From assembly GCA_964016885.1 (NCBI GenBank), contig OZ024747.1, forward strand, positions 28,954,001 to 29,018,000: a stretch of DNA of 64,000 bases, read 5' to 3'. The stretch is from Eledone cirrhosa. Its lineage: Eukaryota. Positions 13,211 to 24,278 of the stretch are shown in pieces. The notes under the pieces were generated by a model. The model did not search any database, had not been told where the DNA came from, and worked only from the letters and a program-made list of their open reading frames with translations. How positions within the stretch are numbered: position 1 is the stretch's first letter; each line of letters opens with the position of its first letter. The position numbers and the translations under genes are program-made.

Positions 13211-16200
13211 CATCATCATCATCATCATCATCATTTTACGTCCGCTTTTCCCTGCTTGCAAGGGTGGGACGGGTCTTATTCAGCACAGCATCTCTCCACT
13301 CGTCACGGTCCCTCGTCATCTCCACCGTGAGCTTCAATGATCTGAGGTCTGTTCTCACCACCTCTGCCCATGTTTTTCGTGGTCTACCTCTACTACGTCT
13401 TCCTTCAACTGGCATTTCCTGGCACTTCTTCACCCATCGGTCATCCTCCATGCGCATCACATGTCCATACCACCTCAGTCTCCTCTCCCGTACACTACAT
13501 TCTATCCCTCTCAGACACAGTTTCTCTCTCAACACATTTATGCTGGGTCGTTCACGCACATTTACACTGCACATCCAACGGAGCATGCTTGCCTCATTTC
13601 TCTCCAGCCGTCGCATATCTTCTGCGGTAGCTGCCCATGTCTCACTACCATGCAGCATCGCGCTCCTCACACAGGCATCATACAACCGGCCTTTCGTACG
13701 CAGGGAGAAACCCTTCTTCGTCAACAGAGGAAGCAGCTCCCTAAACTTCTTCCAACCCGTCCTTATTCTAGATACTATGGCCTCGGAACACCCTCCTCCC
13801 ATGCTAATCTGATCTCCTAGGTACCGGAAGCTATCCACCACTTCTATAGCGCCCTCTCGCATTTGAAAAATGTGTCTATCAGTGCGACTTCTACTGTCTA
13901 ATTTCCCTGTACATCTACTGCATACATATTTCTCCCTACCTGTTAGTTTGCCTGCTATCCCGCTACATCTCTTGTGTACCCAGGACCTACATTGTGTGCA
14001 TTTTATAGAATTTATGCCAGTTCCTTTTCTGCATATCGAACATGGCCATTTCCCTGACGGAATCAGGGTTTTGTCCTCTTTTCTACTCATCAACACTTTT
14101 GTCTTAGCTAGATTTACTCTCAGTCCTCTTGCTTCCAACTGCTGTTTCCATAGCCGGAATTTATTCTCTAGCTCCTCTACTGATTCTGCCATAAGAGCCA
14201 GATCGTCAGCATAGAGAAGTTCCCATGGACAGCCAGTCTTAAACTCCTCTGTTATGGCTTGGAGGACTATAATGAACAAGAGCGGGCTGAGGACCGAACC
14301 CTGATGTACTCCTACTTGTATCTGGAATTCCTCACTAAACTCCATTCCTACCCTGACTTTACTGAGAGTACCTCTGTACAAAGTTTGCACTGTCCTTACA
14401 AGCCATTCCTCAACACCCAGCTTCCTTAGGGACCACCAGATGACAGATCGGGGTACCCTATCAAAGGCCTTCTCTAGGTCAACAAAGGCCAAGTATAGTG
14501 GCTTATTCTTCTCTAAGAACCTCTCTTGCATTTGTCTCACCAAGAAGAGGGCATCTGTTGTACTCTTCCCAGGCACAAAACCAAACTGCATCTCATCTAG
14601 TTTGACCCTTTCTCTAATTAGTTGTGCTAAAATCCTTTCTGCCACTTTCATAACCTGATCTATCAGTTTTATACCCCTATAATTGCTCCTCTCCAAAGCA
14701 TCCCCTTTACCTTTGTAGCAATTTATGAGAATACTGCTGCACCAGTCTTTGGGTATGACACCACCATATATAGCCTGATTGATTATGCGTGCAACCAGTT
14801 TAGTGCCTACGTCCCCTGATGCCTTCAGCATCTCAGCAACTATTCCCGATGGTCCGGCCGCCTTACCATTTTTCATTTCCCTAATCGCCTCTTGGACCCT
14901 ATATTCGTCAATCTCAATAGCTGGTCCCTCTGTCGGATCTACCAAGGGTAATTTCTCTCTCTCCCATTCGTTCTCCACATTCATCAGTCTCTCATAATGG
15001 TATTTCCAGGCCTCCTTTTTCTGGTCATTCGTGACACTAAGTACACCGGCATCATCCCGGACACATTTATCACCAACAACATCCTGATTTGCATTGACAC
15101 ACTGCCTTGCAATGTGGAACACCGCACGCCTCTGATCTTCCCGTCGCAGAACATTGGCAAACCTCCTACTCTCTGCCTCCCTGCGTGCTAAGTACACCTG
15201 ACGTCTAGCTTCTCTCTTAGTGGCTGTATATTCTTCCCTACTCCCACCCTTATTCCAAGCCTTCCATGCTAGTCTTTTGTCTCTAATAGCCTTATCTACA
15301 CTGCTGTTCCACCACCAGGTCACTCTCTGTCTGGTTGGGGCTCTGCTCCAGCCACAAGTTTCATCAGTAGCCTTCAGCAAGTTGTCACGTAAGAACTTCC
15401 AGTTATTATCTATGTCATACGTCTCTAAATCGTCTTCTTTTTCGTCATATACATCTTGAAGGGCTTTCCTAAATTTGAATTTTAGTGAAAGGTCTTTTAG
15501 CTTCCAGACCTTTCTTCTCCACACCTTCCTATATGGCTCATTCCATCTCTTGCTTACTGAGATATCACTAACAACTAACCTATGCTGTGGGGTACATTCT
15601 TCCCCAGGGTATGCCTTGGTATTAGACACTATCTGCCTGTCCCGCTGCCTAACTAGCAGGAAGTCAATCTGGCTTATGTGCTCACCAGATTTGTAGGTTA
15701 TTAGGTGATTGGCAGGTTTCTGGAAGTTTGTGTTGCAAATAGTCAATGTACTTGCATCACAAAATTCAAGAAGTCTCACTCCTTCTTCATTTCTTGAACC
15801 GTAACCATGCCCACCATGTACCCCAGTGTAACCATCCTGGAGCTGTCCAACATGACCATTGAAGTCTCCTGCTAGCATAACGATGTCTCCGTCCTCTGTC
15901 ATTGTGGTTGTTTGCAAAAGTTGCTCATAAAAGCAGTCTTTCTCATCTTTGCCTAGGCCTGCTTGGGGAGCATAGACCGAGATGATTGTCAGTAGTCTCC
16001 TACCTACAACTAATCTAAGCTTAATTATTCGATTACTAACTCGAACTACCTCTATTGTCTTATTGATCCATTTCTCAGCCAGGAAAATGCCTACTCCCCC
16101 TAACCCATCATCCTTACCTACCCAGAATAGCTTATAGCTAAGACGCTTGCCTACGACTAGTCTCGCAGAGGCACCTCTCCATCTCACCTCTTGCACGCAG

Positions 16201-16495
16201 CACACATCCACCTGCCTTCTCTCCAGCATCTCCGCTATTTCAGCAGATCTACCTCTGAGAGTGCCAACATTAAGTGTTGCAACTCTGAGATGCGACGTCT
16301 TCATATTTTTTTCTATGCTGTTTTGTTGCTGTGCTGATAAGCTTTTTGGCATTGATACACTGGTTGGATGCCCTTCCTAACACCAGCGCCACTTTACAGC
16401 ATGGACTGGGTGCTTTTATTTGTGCCACCAGCACTAGAGAGGATGTCTTACTAGACTCAAGGGCCCTCTCTACCCCTCCATTTTACAGCATGGTC

Positions 16496-16500
<5 letters not shown>
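13211..16500 (-). mobile_element. Apparently full-length RTE-clade non-LTR retrotransposon
   Basis: Single intact 1038-aa ORF with a (CAT)n 3' tail immediately after the stop. The 5' UTR carries the motif gttaggaagggcatcc. The exact 5' end and target duplication are not resolved. Confidence 0.95.
13236..16352 (-). CDS. RTE ORF: APE endonuclease + reverse transcriptase + embedded PHD-type zinc finger
   Basis: EN motifs TLNVGTL, CVQEVRW, SVYAPQ, GDFNGH, QIDFLL and PQHRLV. RT motifs FVDLEKAFD, QGSVLSP and YADD. C4HC3 finger CSIC..CTQC..HKRC..CSRC. No stops or frameshifts. Confidence 0.97.
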   Translation of the reverse strand: MPKSLSAQQQNSIEKNMKTSHLRVATLNVGTLRGRSAEIAEMLERRQVDVCCVQEVRWRGASARLVVGKRLSYKLFWVGKDDGLGGVGIFLAEKWINKTIEVVRVSNRIIKLRLVVGRRLLTIISVYAPQAGLGKDEKDCFYEQLLQTTTMTEDGDIVMLAGDFNGHVGQLQDGYTGVHGGHGYGSRNEEGVRLLEFCDASTLTICNTNFQKPANHLITYKSGEHISQIDFLLVRQRDRQIVSNTKAYPGEECTPQHRLVVSDISVSKRWNEPYRKVWRRKVWKLKDLSLKFKFRKALQDVYDEKEDDLETYDIDNNWKFLRDNLLKATDETCGWSRAPTRQRVTWWWNSSVDKAIRDKRLAWKAWNKGGSREEYTATKREARRQVYLARREAESRRFANVLRREDQRRAVFHIARQCVNANQDVVGDKCVRDDAGVLSVTNDQKKEAWKYHYERLMNVENEWEREKLPLVDPTEGPAIEIDEYRVQEAIREMKNGKAAGPSGIVAEMLKASGDVGTKLVARIINQAIYGGVIPKDWCSSILINCYKGKGDALERSNYRGIKLIDQVMKVAERILAQLIRERVKLDEMQFGFVPGKSTTDALFLVRQMQERFLEKNKPLYLAFVDLEKAFDRVPRSVIWWSLRKLGVEEWLVRTVQTLYRGTLSKVRVGMEFSEEFQIQVGVHQGSVLSPLLFIIVLQAITEEFKTGCPWELLYADDLALMAESVEELENKFRLWKQQLEARGLRVNLAKTKVLMSRKEDKTLIPSGKWPCSICRKGTGINSIKCTQCRSWVHKRCSGIAGKLTGREKYVCSRCTGKLDSRSRTDRHIFQMREGAIEVVDSFRYLGDQISMGGGCSEAIVSRIRTGWKKFRELLPLLTKKGFSLRTKGRLYDACVRSAMLHGSETWAATAEDMRRLERNEASMLRWMCSVNVRERPSINVLREKLCLRGIECSVRERRLRWYGHVMRMEDDRWVKKCQEMPVEGRRSRGRPRKTWAEVVRTDLRSLKLTVEMTRDRDEWRDAVLNKTRPTLASREKRT

Positions 16501-16532
<32 letters not shown>

Positions 16533-17149
16533 TATTGACACGACTCACACACTAATACTCATGCATACAAACCACAACCACACATACCAACACTCATTCA
16601 TGCATACAATCACACACACAACTCACAAACACATATATATATATATACATATATTACCGACAGTTCTGATACAAAATCAAAATCAAAGTCAAAATCGTCA
16701 AAATCACTATCATGTCAACTGTTGACCTTTCCCAGTCCAGTTCGGCTTGTATATAATAACAATAATAATTGTTTGTTTACGCTGGTAATGGCGGTGGTGG
16801 ATGGTATCAGCGTGGTGGTGGTGGATGGTCAGTGATGGTGGTGACAGTTGTTGGTGCTGTAGTTGTTACTGTTGTTGTTGTCCTTCATTTCACTGCTGCT
16901 GTTGCTGCAGACAATGGTGTTGATGCTGTTATTGCTGTCGCATATATACAAATACATACACACACATTCAACACAGACGATGGTGTTGTTGTTGTTGTTG
17001 GTGTTGCTGCTGTTGTTGTTGTAGTTGTTGCTGTGTTGAAATCTGGTCGCATCCACAGAGATATACACATATACACACACATACACATATGTATATACAC
17101 ATACATACATCAAAAGATAGTCAGCAGTATGTCAACAGGGGACAGGACA

Positions 17150-17320
17150 GCGACCTTAGAGTAATGTGGTGATGGTGGGGAGCGAGTGTAGGCGTTATTG
17201 TTATTGTGGTGACGGGGGGGTCAGTGAGATGTTACAAGTTCATAGATCACTTCTCTCTTTTCCTCTCTCTTCAAAATTTTGAATTTATGGCCTTTTGCAA
17301 TGGCGGCCAAGTATATATAA
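17150..17320 (+). promoter_or_regulatory. Candidate promoter/first-exon region of the ZNF800-like gene
   Basis: Local CpG retention at about 16650-17900 versus depleted flanks, and a YY1-like motif caatggcggcc at about 17298. No transcript evidence. Confidence 0.3.
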
Positions 17321-17364
17321 TATATATGAAGCAAAGAAAAGAAAATTTTTTTTTTCACTGATAT

Positions 17365-17670
17365 GAAAGATTTCCTGGTAGAAGTTCAGGTGTATTCAGT
17401 GATTGGTATCCAGTTTCGGGGTATCCAATTAGAAAATCCAACGAATCTTTAAGAGGGGTCCACGCAACCATTGATATATATATCTATATATGTAAAATGC
17501 AAGCAGAAATGACAACGAAAGATTTCCTGGTAGAAGTTCAGGTGTATTCAGTGTTGGTATCCAGTGTTGGGGTATCCAATTAGAAAATCCAACGAATTTT
17601 GAGAGGGGTCCACGCAAGCATATATATAGATATATATATGTATATATGCAAAATGCAAGCAGAAATAACA
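17365..17670. repeat. ~152-bp tandem duplication (2 copies)
   Basis: gaaagatttcctggtagaagttcaggtgtattcagtg...ggggtatccaattagaaaatccaacgaat...gaggggtccacgcaa is repeated at 17365 and 17517. Confidence 0.92.
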
Positions 17671-17984
17671 ACACATATACTAATGAACATACATTAAACA
17701 CAGAGGGACTGTAAATGATGATAGCAATATCTAGATATAAATATATAAATGTACATATCTCTATTGGTCTCATAAATTTTAAATTTTCTCTTTCCTCTTG
17801 TGTGTGTGTAGCAACACGTGGTTGTGTGTTGCTGCTGACTCTAGAAGAGCCCAAGAAAACACGTCTTGCCCTAACAGCTGCTGCTCCCTATATATACATA
17901 TTCTATACATACATATTCTGAAATACTGGTTCAGCCTGGGAATTAATTACATTGAGTGCATTTGTCTGTAGAAAACTCCACCAC

Positions 17985-18186
17985 TTAACCCTTTAGCAGT
18001 TACATTACTCTATATTTTGATGGTAAAGGCTTTACCTCACATAATTATCTCTCATAATATTGAATCTATGAGATTTTGAGAACAATACCGTAACATCAGG
18101 ATGAGCGGCTGGTTACAGCTAGTTTGAACAGAAATAGGTGATAGAATTCTGGTCGGATATGGCTGGTTTAAATGCTAAAGGGTTAT
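17985..18186. mobile_element. piggyBac-like MITE copy
   Basis: ttaaccctttagcagttac ... taaatgctaaagggtta. Confidence 0.7.
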
Positions 18187-18339
18187 ACTAATACATGTAT
18201 TGTGACATGCTGATTCTGCCTATGAATTTATGTTAAGAGTACACCTGTCTATGGAATATTCAACCACTTATACATTTATGACTTGGTCTTTCAGTTGAAT
18301 CATTAAATGCTCATCATCAAAACTGATGGAGTATCCATT

Positions 18340-18500
18340 CATCATTTCCTTTTACATCCACTTTTCCCTGCTTGCAAGGGTGGGACGGGAACTGATTCTG
18401 GCTTGATTTCTACAGCTGGATGCCCTTCCTAACACCAACCTCATTTACAGTGAGTGCTGGGTGTTTTTTTTGCCGTGGCACCTCCACGACCACTTTGCAG
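18340..18500 (-). mobile_element. RTE-derived non-autonomous short element (RTE 5' motif joined to RTE 3' end)
   Basis: cttttccctgcttgcaagggtgggacggg is identical to the 3' end of the intact RTE (~13245-13273). It is fused to ggatgcccttcctaacacca...tttacag...ctgggtg, which matches the RTE 5' UTR (16366-16415). Confidence 0.85.
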
Positions 18501-18699
18501 AGGAATGATATGGACCCCAGTCCTATCATCTCATTTCTACAGCTGGAGCAATGTGAAATAATAATATGCCCTGTATTTTTATTCATATATATATATCTTT
18601 GTAACACTTTAAAATTCACACCAACACATATACAATGCATTTCCTGTTTCAGTCATGTTGCTGCAATAAATTCACTTTTCAGTCACAAGGTATTTTTTT

Positions 18700-19020
18700 C
18701 TGGCACTCTCTTGATTACGATGATGAGTGTTCCAGTTGATCTGATCAATGGAACGGCTTACTCATGAATTTAATGTGCAAGTGACGGAGCATTCCACAGA
18801 CACACATAATCTTAACGTAGTTCTCAGGTAGATTCAGCGTTAGACAGAATGTGACAAGGCTGGCCATTCAAACTACAGGTACAACAAACTTTTGCCTGCT
18901 GAGTAGACTGGAGCAACGAAAAATAAAGTGTCTTGCTGAAGGACACAACACACAGCCAGGAATCAGACTCACAACCTTACGATTGTAAGTCGAATACCTT
19001 AACCACAAAGCCACACAGCT
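18700..19020 (-). mobile_element. tRNA-derived SINE with CORE-like domain (family C)
   Basis: aagtgtcttgctgaaggacacaac (CORE-like) plus a tRNA-like head at 18955-19015. Homologous to 61040-61335. Confidence 0.75.
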
Positions 19021-19320
19021 TCACACCACAAGGTGTACTGGGTTCCAACCTTACATTTGTCCCACTAAATAGTTATTTCTTTAAAGTTACTCATACATTT
19101 AATCCTGTATGTCATTTGTGCATATATGTAATTATATCTTAGAAATAAATTATTAAATTATCGTTCTTATCTATAATCACTTCCACATACCAGTAATCAA
19201 CATAAAATATAGGGTTTCTTTTATGTAAACCATTATCAAAACACATGTCCAGTTTGTATGATAATTTATATATCTGATTATCCAGCGCACCAATTCTGAA
19301 TTCTAAAAATTATATATGTT

Positions 19321-19513
19321 AATAATTGTTTCTACTTTTGGCACAAGGCCAGCAATTACCCAGTACATTACTGGTACTTTATTTTATCTACCCCGTAAGG
19401 ATGAAAGGCAAAGTTAACCTCAGCGGGATTTGAACTCAGAATGGAAAGGGCTGTAATTCTATGCGTCAAAGCATGACGCCCGACCCTCTACCGATACTGC
19501 CAATCCACCGCCC
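19321..19513 (-). mobile_element. SINE family A, near full length
   Basis: Reverse complement of the 20472-20668 copy. Confidence 0.88.
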
Positions 19514-19904
19514 ATTATATATGTTAATAATAATGATTCGTTCCCTTCAGTGAGGGCTGACATTAATTAGTGTCTGCACCTAGGAGGTTCCTCTCTCTGG
19601 TGTAGGCAGTGGGTCTTAATACCAACCAACCAACTCCTCAGTCAGTCTTATCATACCTACCAACCAATTTCTGTTGATCTTTGTCTGCATCTCTCTCTCT
19701 ATCTTTGTATCTCGGCCATTTCCATGATGTTCACTCTGTAAATGTGGTTGGTGTTAGGAAGAGCATCCAGAATCAGTTCTGTATGAGCAAGACACGGGAC
19801 AATTCGTCTAATCCATGCTAGTGTGGAAGATGGATGTTAAACGGTGATGATGATTTGTTTGATGTTTGAGTTGGGCCTGTTAGCTCTACTCCATTCCACC
19901 TCTA

Positions 19905-20180
19905 ACATAGAACTCTCCTGTTAGCTGTCTGTTCTAATGGAGAACTCTCCTGTAAACTCTCAACATTGAAAAAGAACTCTCCTGTCATACTGCATCTTAG
20001 AACTTTCATGTCAGCTGCCCATTGTAGCATAGCTCTCTGCTGTAATGGAGAATTCTCCTCTCAGTTCTCTACTGTAACATATAATATAACTTTCTTGTCA
20101 TCTGTTTACTTTAACACACTCTCCTGCCAGCCCTTTTCAGTAACATAGAACTCTTCTGTACTGTTTACTCTAATTGTAAA
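19905..20180. repeat. Degenerate ~30-bp tandem repeat
   Basis: agaactctcctgt recurs about 8 times at roughly 30-nt spacing. Confidence 0.75.
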
Positions 20181-20264
20181 ACAAACCTGCACTCATTTAA
20201 TCATTATTCTCATCTTCCCAAAACGTATGGATTTGTGCCAATGTAAGAAATCATAATTTGAATT

Positions 20265-20885
20265 GGCTGAACCAGTAGAATGTTGGACAAAATGCTTTGT
20301 GGCATTTTGTTATGGTTTTTTACATTCTGACTTCCAGTCCCATCAAGGTCAACTTCGCCTGTATTCCTTCCAAGATCAATAATATGAAGTACCAACATAT
20401 CAGGATCAATATAATCAATCCCCCTCCTCCAGTTGCTGGCCTTGTGCCTAAATTAGAAACCCTTATTATTGGAGGGTGGTGGATTGGCAGTATCGGTAGA
20501 GGGTCGAACGCCATGCTTTGACGCAAAGAGTTACGGCCCTTTATGATCTGAGTTCAAATCCCGCCGAGGTTAACTTTGCCTTTCGTCCTTACGGGGTCGA
20601 TAAAATAAAGTACCAGTCATACACTGGGATAATTGCTGGCCTTGTGCCAAAAGTAGAAACAATTATTAGGGCAAAAATCATTGGCAAAATTGTTATGATG
20701 TTGGACATACCAGCTTTTAGTTATGTACCTTTATGCCCACAGTTCAAATCCCACTGAGGTCAATTTTGCCTTTCATCCTTCCAGGGGATTGATAAAATAA
20801 AGTACGAGTAAAGTACTGGGGTCGATTTTATTGAATTTCCTCTCCTTTAAATTGCTGGCCTTGTACCAAAAATAGAAATCATTTA
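20265..20885 (+). mobile_element. Three tandem SINE family A copies (youngest at 20472-20668)
   Basis: Three successive B-box/core/gccttgtgcc-tail units. Confidence 0.85.
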
Positions 20886-21420
20886 TAGTTAAAAGTGCAT
20901 CAATCAACTCATTTGTCCACTGTAAACATAAATGTTCCACAATCAATTTGTGATTTGTCTTTCACCTTTTAACTTCATTAATTTAATCAATGTTAATTAA
21001 TGTCGATGGTTAACCCCTACCTGTTTCGTCACCTTTCACTTTCCAAACACTCTTTCTCTGTTTGCCTCTTTTACTCTGTCTCTCACACATCAATGCCATC
21101 ACAATGTGGCCCTTTTATCGTAGTTAGAATCACAGTTTGACTACCAATTCCACCCTCAACGTATATTTCCCCTCTCTCTCTCACAATATTGTTCTTGTAC
21201 CATAGTATCATAGCTTGACTATCAGTCTCACTTAGTACATATCCATTAGTACTAAATCAGTTGTTTTATAAACTTTGCCCCCCCCCCCCCCCCCATGCGC
21301 ATAAAAAGTTAAAAAACAATCGAAGCAGAATTCAATTAGGTTTAAATAAAATTTTAATTAGTTAATGAATTATTTGTATTTCACTTGATTTAGTTAGGAG
21401 TTTCTGTGTAGTTTCAATAG

Positions 21421-21471
21421 GCTGCAGATGAGGAAATGGTTGGATGAACTTCGGAATTTGTTTTATCTTCT
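21421..21471 (+). CDS. ZNF800: Probable upstream exon of the ZNF800-like gene (ATG at 21428: MRKWLDELRNLFYL-)
   Basis: Acceptor tttcaatag|g and donor ct|gtgagt. Splicing to the 24279 acceptor gives a stop-free frame MRKWLDELRNLFYLLESAIGNSE-MEF. It could instead be a 5'-UTR exon. Confidence 0.55.
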
Positions 21472-21595
21472 GTGAGTATGTTTCCTAATTAACCCTTTCC
21501 TGTCTAATGAAAGATACCTGCGTATGATTTGCTAATCATTTTGAAAATAAACATTAATTTGGAAAGTTTTAGTACTATAACTAACTTTCTCATTA

Positions 21596-21815
21596 TTAAC
21601 CCCTTAGTATTTACATTATTCCATATATACTATTGTATTTTCGTGGTAAAAGCTTTATCTTACATAATTATCTTAATATCGAATCTATTAGATTTTGATG
21701 TTATTTATTTTGAGAACAATACCTTAACATAAGTATGAGCAGCTGGTCACAGCCAGTTTGAACAGGAAGTGGTGAGAGAATTCTGGCATGGCCGTTTTAA
21801 ATGCTAACGGGTTAA
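21596..21815. mobile_element. piggyBac-like MITE copy
   Basis: ttaaccccttagtatttac ... taaatgctaacgggttaa. Confidence 0.7.
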
Positions 21816-23004
21816 GCTGGTGTTTGGAGCATAACTTAAAAGTTTTCCACCTTTAAGTAAATATAAACACTTTAACAGTGTTGTATCATAGAACCAGATG
21901 GTTTGGTAACAAATGAGTTAAACATTTTTTTTCTGCGGTATCATATTCAATTTAGACATTTAAAAAATATCAAATCGTTTATTAGTTTCAGTCATCGGAC
22001 AACAGCTATGATGATTCACCTATTTCAAGGGATTTTTAGCCAATCATATGGAATAGCTAAGTTACCTGTTGGTGTTGTTGTTACTCTTGATGGTAGTGTT
22101 GTTGTTCTTGCTGGTGGTGTTTTCCTCTTATCTTGATTTTGTGCTTTCCTTCGCTGAAGTTTTTATACAGATAAAATTGTAAAATATGGAATTGTGATGA
22201 TCTGTGTATGTATGTGGATGGCTGATCTGATCTGTGTGTGTGTGTTCCTGTGTGCATGAATCTATGTGGACTGAATCCTGTGTTCGTGTATTGTGCTAGT
22301 GTAATGTGTGTGGATCTTTGTGTGGACAACTGTGTTTGTGTGTGTGTCTGCTGTGGCAGTGCCAAACAAATAAAGATATAATTAGCCAGTTACTCTCTTC
22401 TACAATTGCATTTCAAGAGTAGCTTTCATGTTCTTTTTTATTTCTTGTCTTGTCACTGTAAACACAATGTGGAGTGGGGGTTGGAGTAAAAGGGTGTGGA
22501 CAGACCCAGGAGGTGTGAAACGGAGGAAAGAGAAAGAACTGAATGAAGGAGTTAAAAGGTTGAGGAGAGAAAGAAAGGCAGGTGAAAGGCAGAATAGAGA
22601 AACAGATAACTGAATGAGAGGGGGTTTGAAAGAGGGAGGAGAGAGGATCGGATGAAAGGGGGAAGAGAGCAACAAAACTGAATGTGAAAAAGGGTGAGGA
22701 GAAAGAAAATATTTGAGAGAAGGTATTGTGTAGATTGGTCCACAATCAAAACTCTCTTCCAGTTGTTGAAAGGGAAGAAAAGATGTTATTGTCATCTCTG
22801 CTGTCTCTCACACTACATCGCTACCATACCACATTTATATTGTTACTTGGCAAACTCTCTCTGTCTGTCTCTATCTCTATATTTGTCTTACTCTCCTCAT
22901 TGTTTTTTTTATTTTGTTTTCACTCTTCACTGGCCTTATATTGTTGATATTCTTGTTATTGCTGTTGAGGTTGTTGTTGATTAAGATTTATTTTAGTTCA
23001 GTTA

Positions 23005-23109
<105 letters not shown>

Positions 23110-24278
23110 CTTATCCTTTAGCCTGCAGCTGATTGCGATGGTTGGGTCTCTTTTGGCTTGATTTTGTCTATTTTCTGGGGTTTTTTCTCTTCTAATTTTC
23201 CTGTTGGAGGAGGAAATATCTACAGTTCACTGAAGAAATATAGAAAAAATGTACTTTTGTCTCCTCTAAACACCTTCCATGGGTGCTAGCTACTCTGCCC
23301 AGCCACCTGCCTCTCTCTAACTTAATAAACTGTAGATCATTGATGAAATCTCTTTGAAAGCTGGGAGGGTGGGGTAGGGTGGATTGATGTACTAAATTTA
23401 TTTTTGTTCACATAATCTTTTTTCATAAACCTACGCCAAAAATATTGTTCATCTTTAAATTATAAATGAGTAAAATATCTTACTACTTTCAATCTTTTGT
23501 TAAATTTATTCAATTTATTTTGTTGCATATATGTAATTAAGTATTGTATATATATTATTTGTGTGTGTATGTGGGTGTGGGTGTGTATATATATAGTTTA
23601 TCCCGGGTTCAATCGGAGGTAACCACAGTAAGATACTCAATACATAGCAGAGTATAAATATTTTATATAGAAATGGTTTCTACAGGACTAGAACTGTTTC
23701 ATTTGGGAGAAATCATATATATATACACACTCTTTTACCTGTTCCAGCCATCCGGCTGAGGCCATACTGGGGCATACATATATGTGTGTGTGTGTGTGTG
23801 TGTGGCTGGCTGCATACCACTTGGCGAAACTGTAAGAAAAAATTAGATATAGTTTGTCTATTTTCTCTTCACATTTATAATTGTTATACACACACAGATA
23901 CATTATATATATATAGGGAGTGTGACGTGCAGTTACTGTTGGTTCACCCGAGTGAGCACTTGATGCATAGTTTCCCATCTGTAATGAAGTGTAGAACTAA
24001 ACAGTGTAAATATATATATATAAATTCTGTATGAGCAAGACATAGTCACCTGACCTAACATTGGCACAACAGGACAACTCGTCTAACTCATGCCAGCATG
24101 GAAAAATAGATGTAAAAAAATGATGATGATATATATATATATATAATACATTTAAAATGTTATATTGATCTTAATACTTTCTAGTTAAGCTGTGGAATTT
24201 CCACAGAGTCAGCCAGTTCATCTGATGACAATTTAATGATTATTTAATATTTGTTCTTCTCTTTCTCTGTCTTTATAG

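Noticed and set aside
13144-16380. Plus-strand ORFs up to 222 aa overlapping the RTE (also 10609-12287)
   Set aside because: Antisense shadows of the RTE coding frame with no recognisable domain.
16769-17164. Val/Asn/Thr-rich ORFs on both strands
   Set aside because: Produced by (GTT)n/(GGT)n low-complexity sequence.
19535-19625. Possible HDV-like ribozyme on the minus strand (acctcctaggtgcag)
   Set aside because: A P3/L3-like element is present, but only 4 bp of P1 and no P2 partner could be found.
20472-20570. tRNA gene-like A/B boxes
   Set aside because: No complete cloverleaf, and always attached to the SINE body; these are SINE heads.
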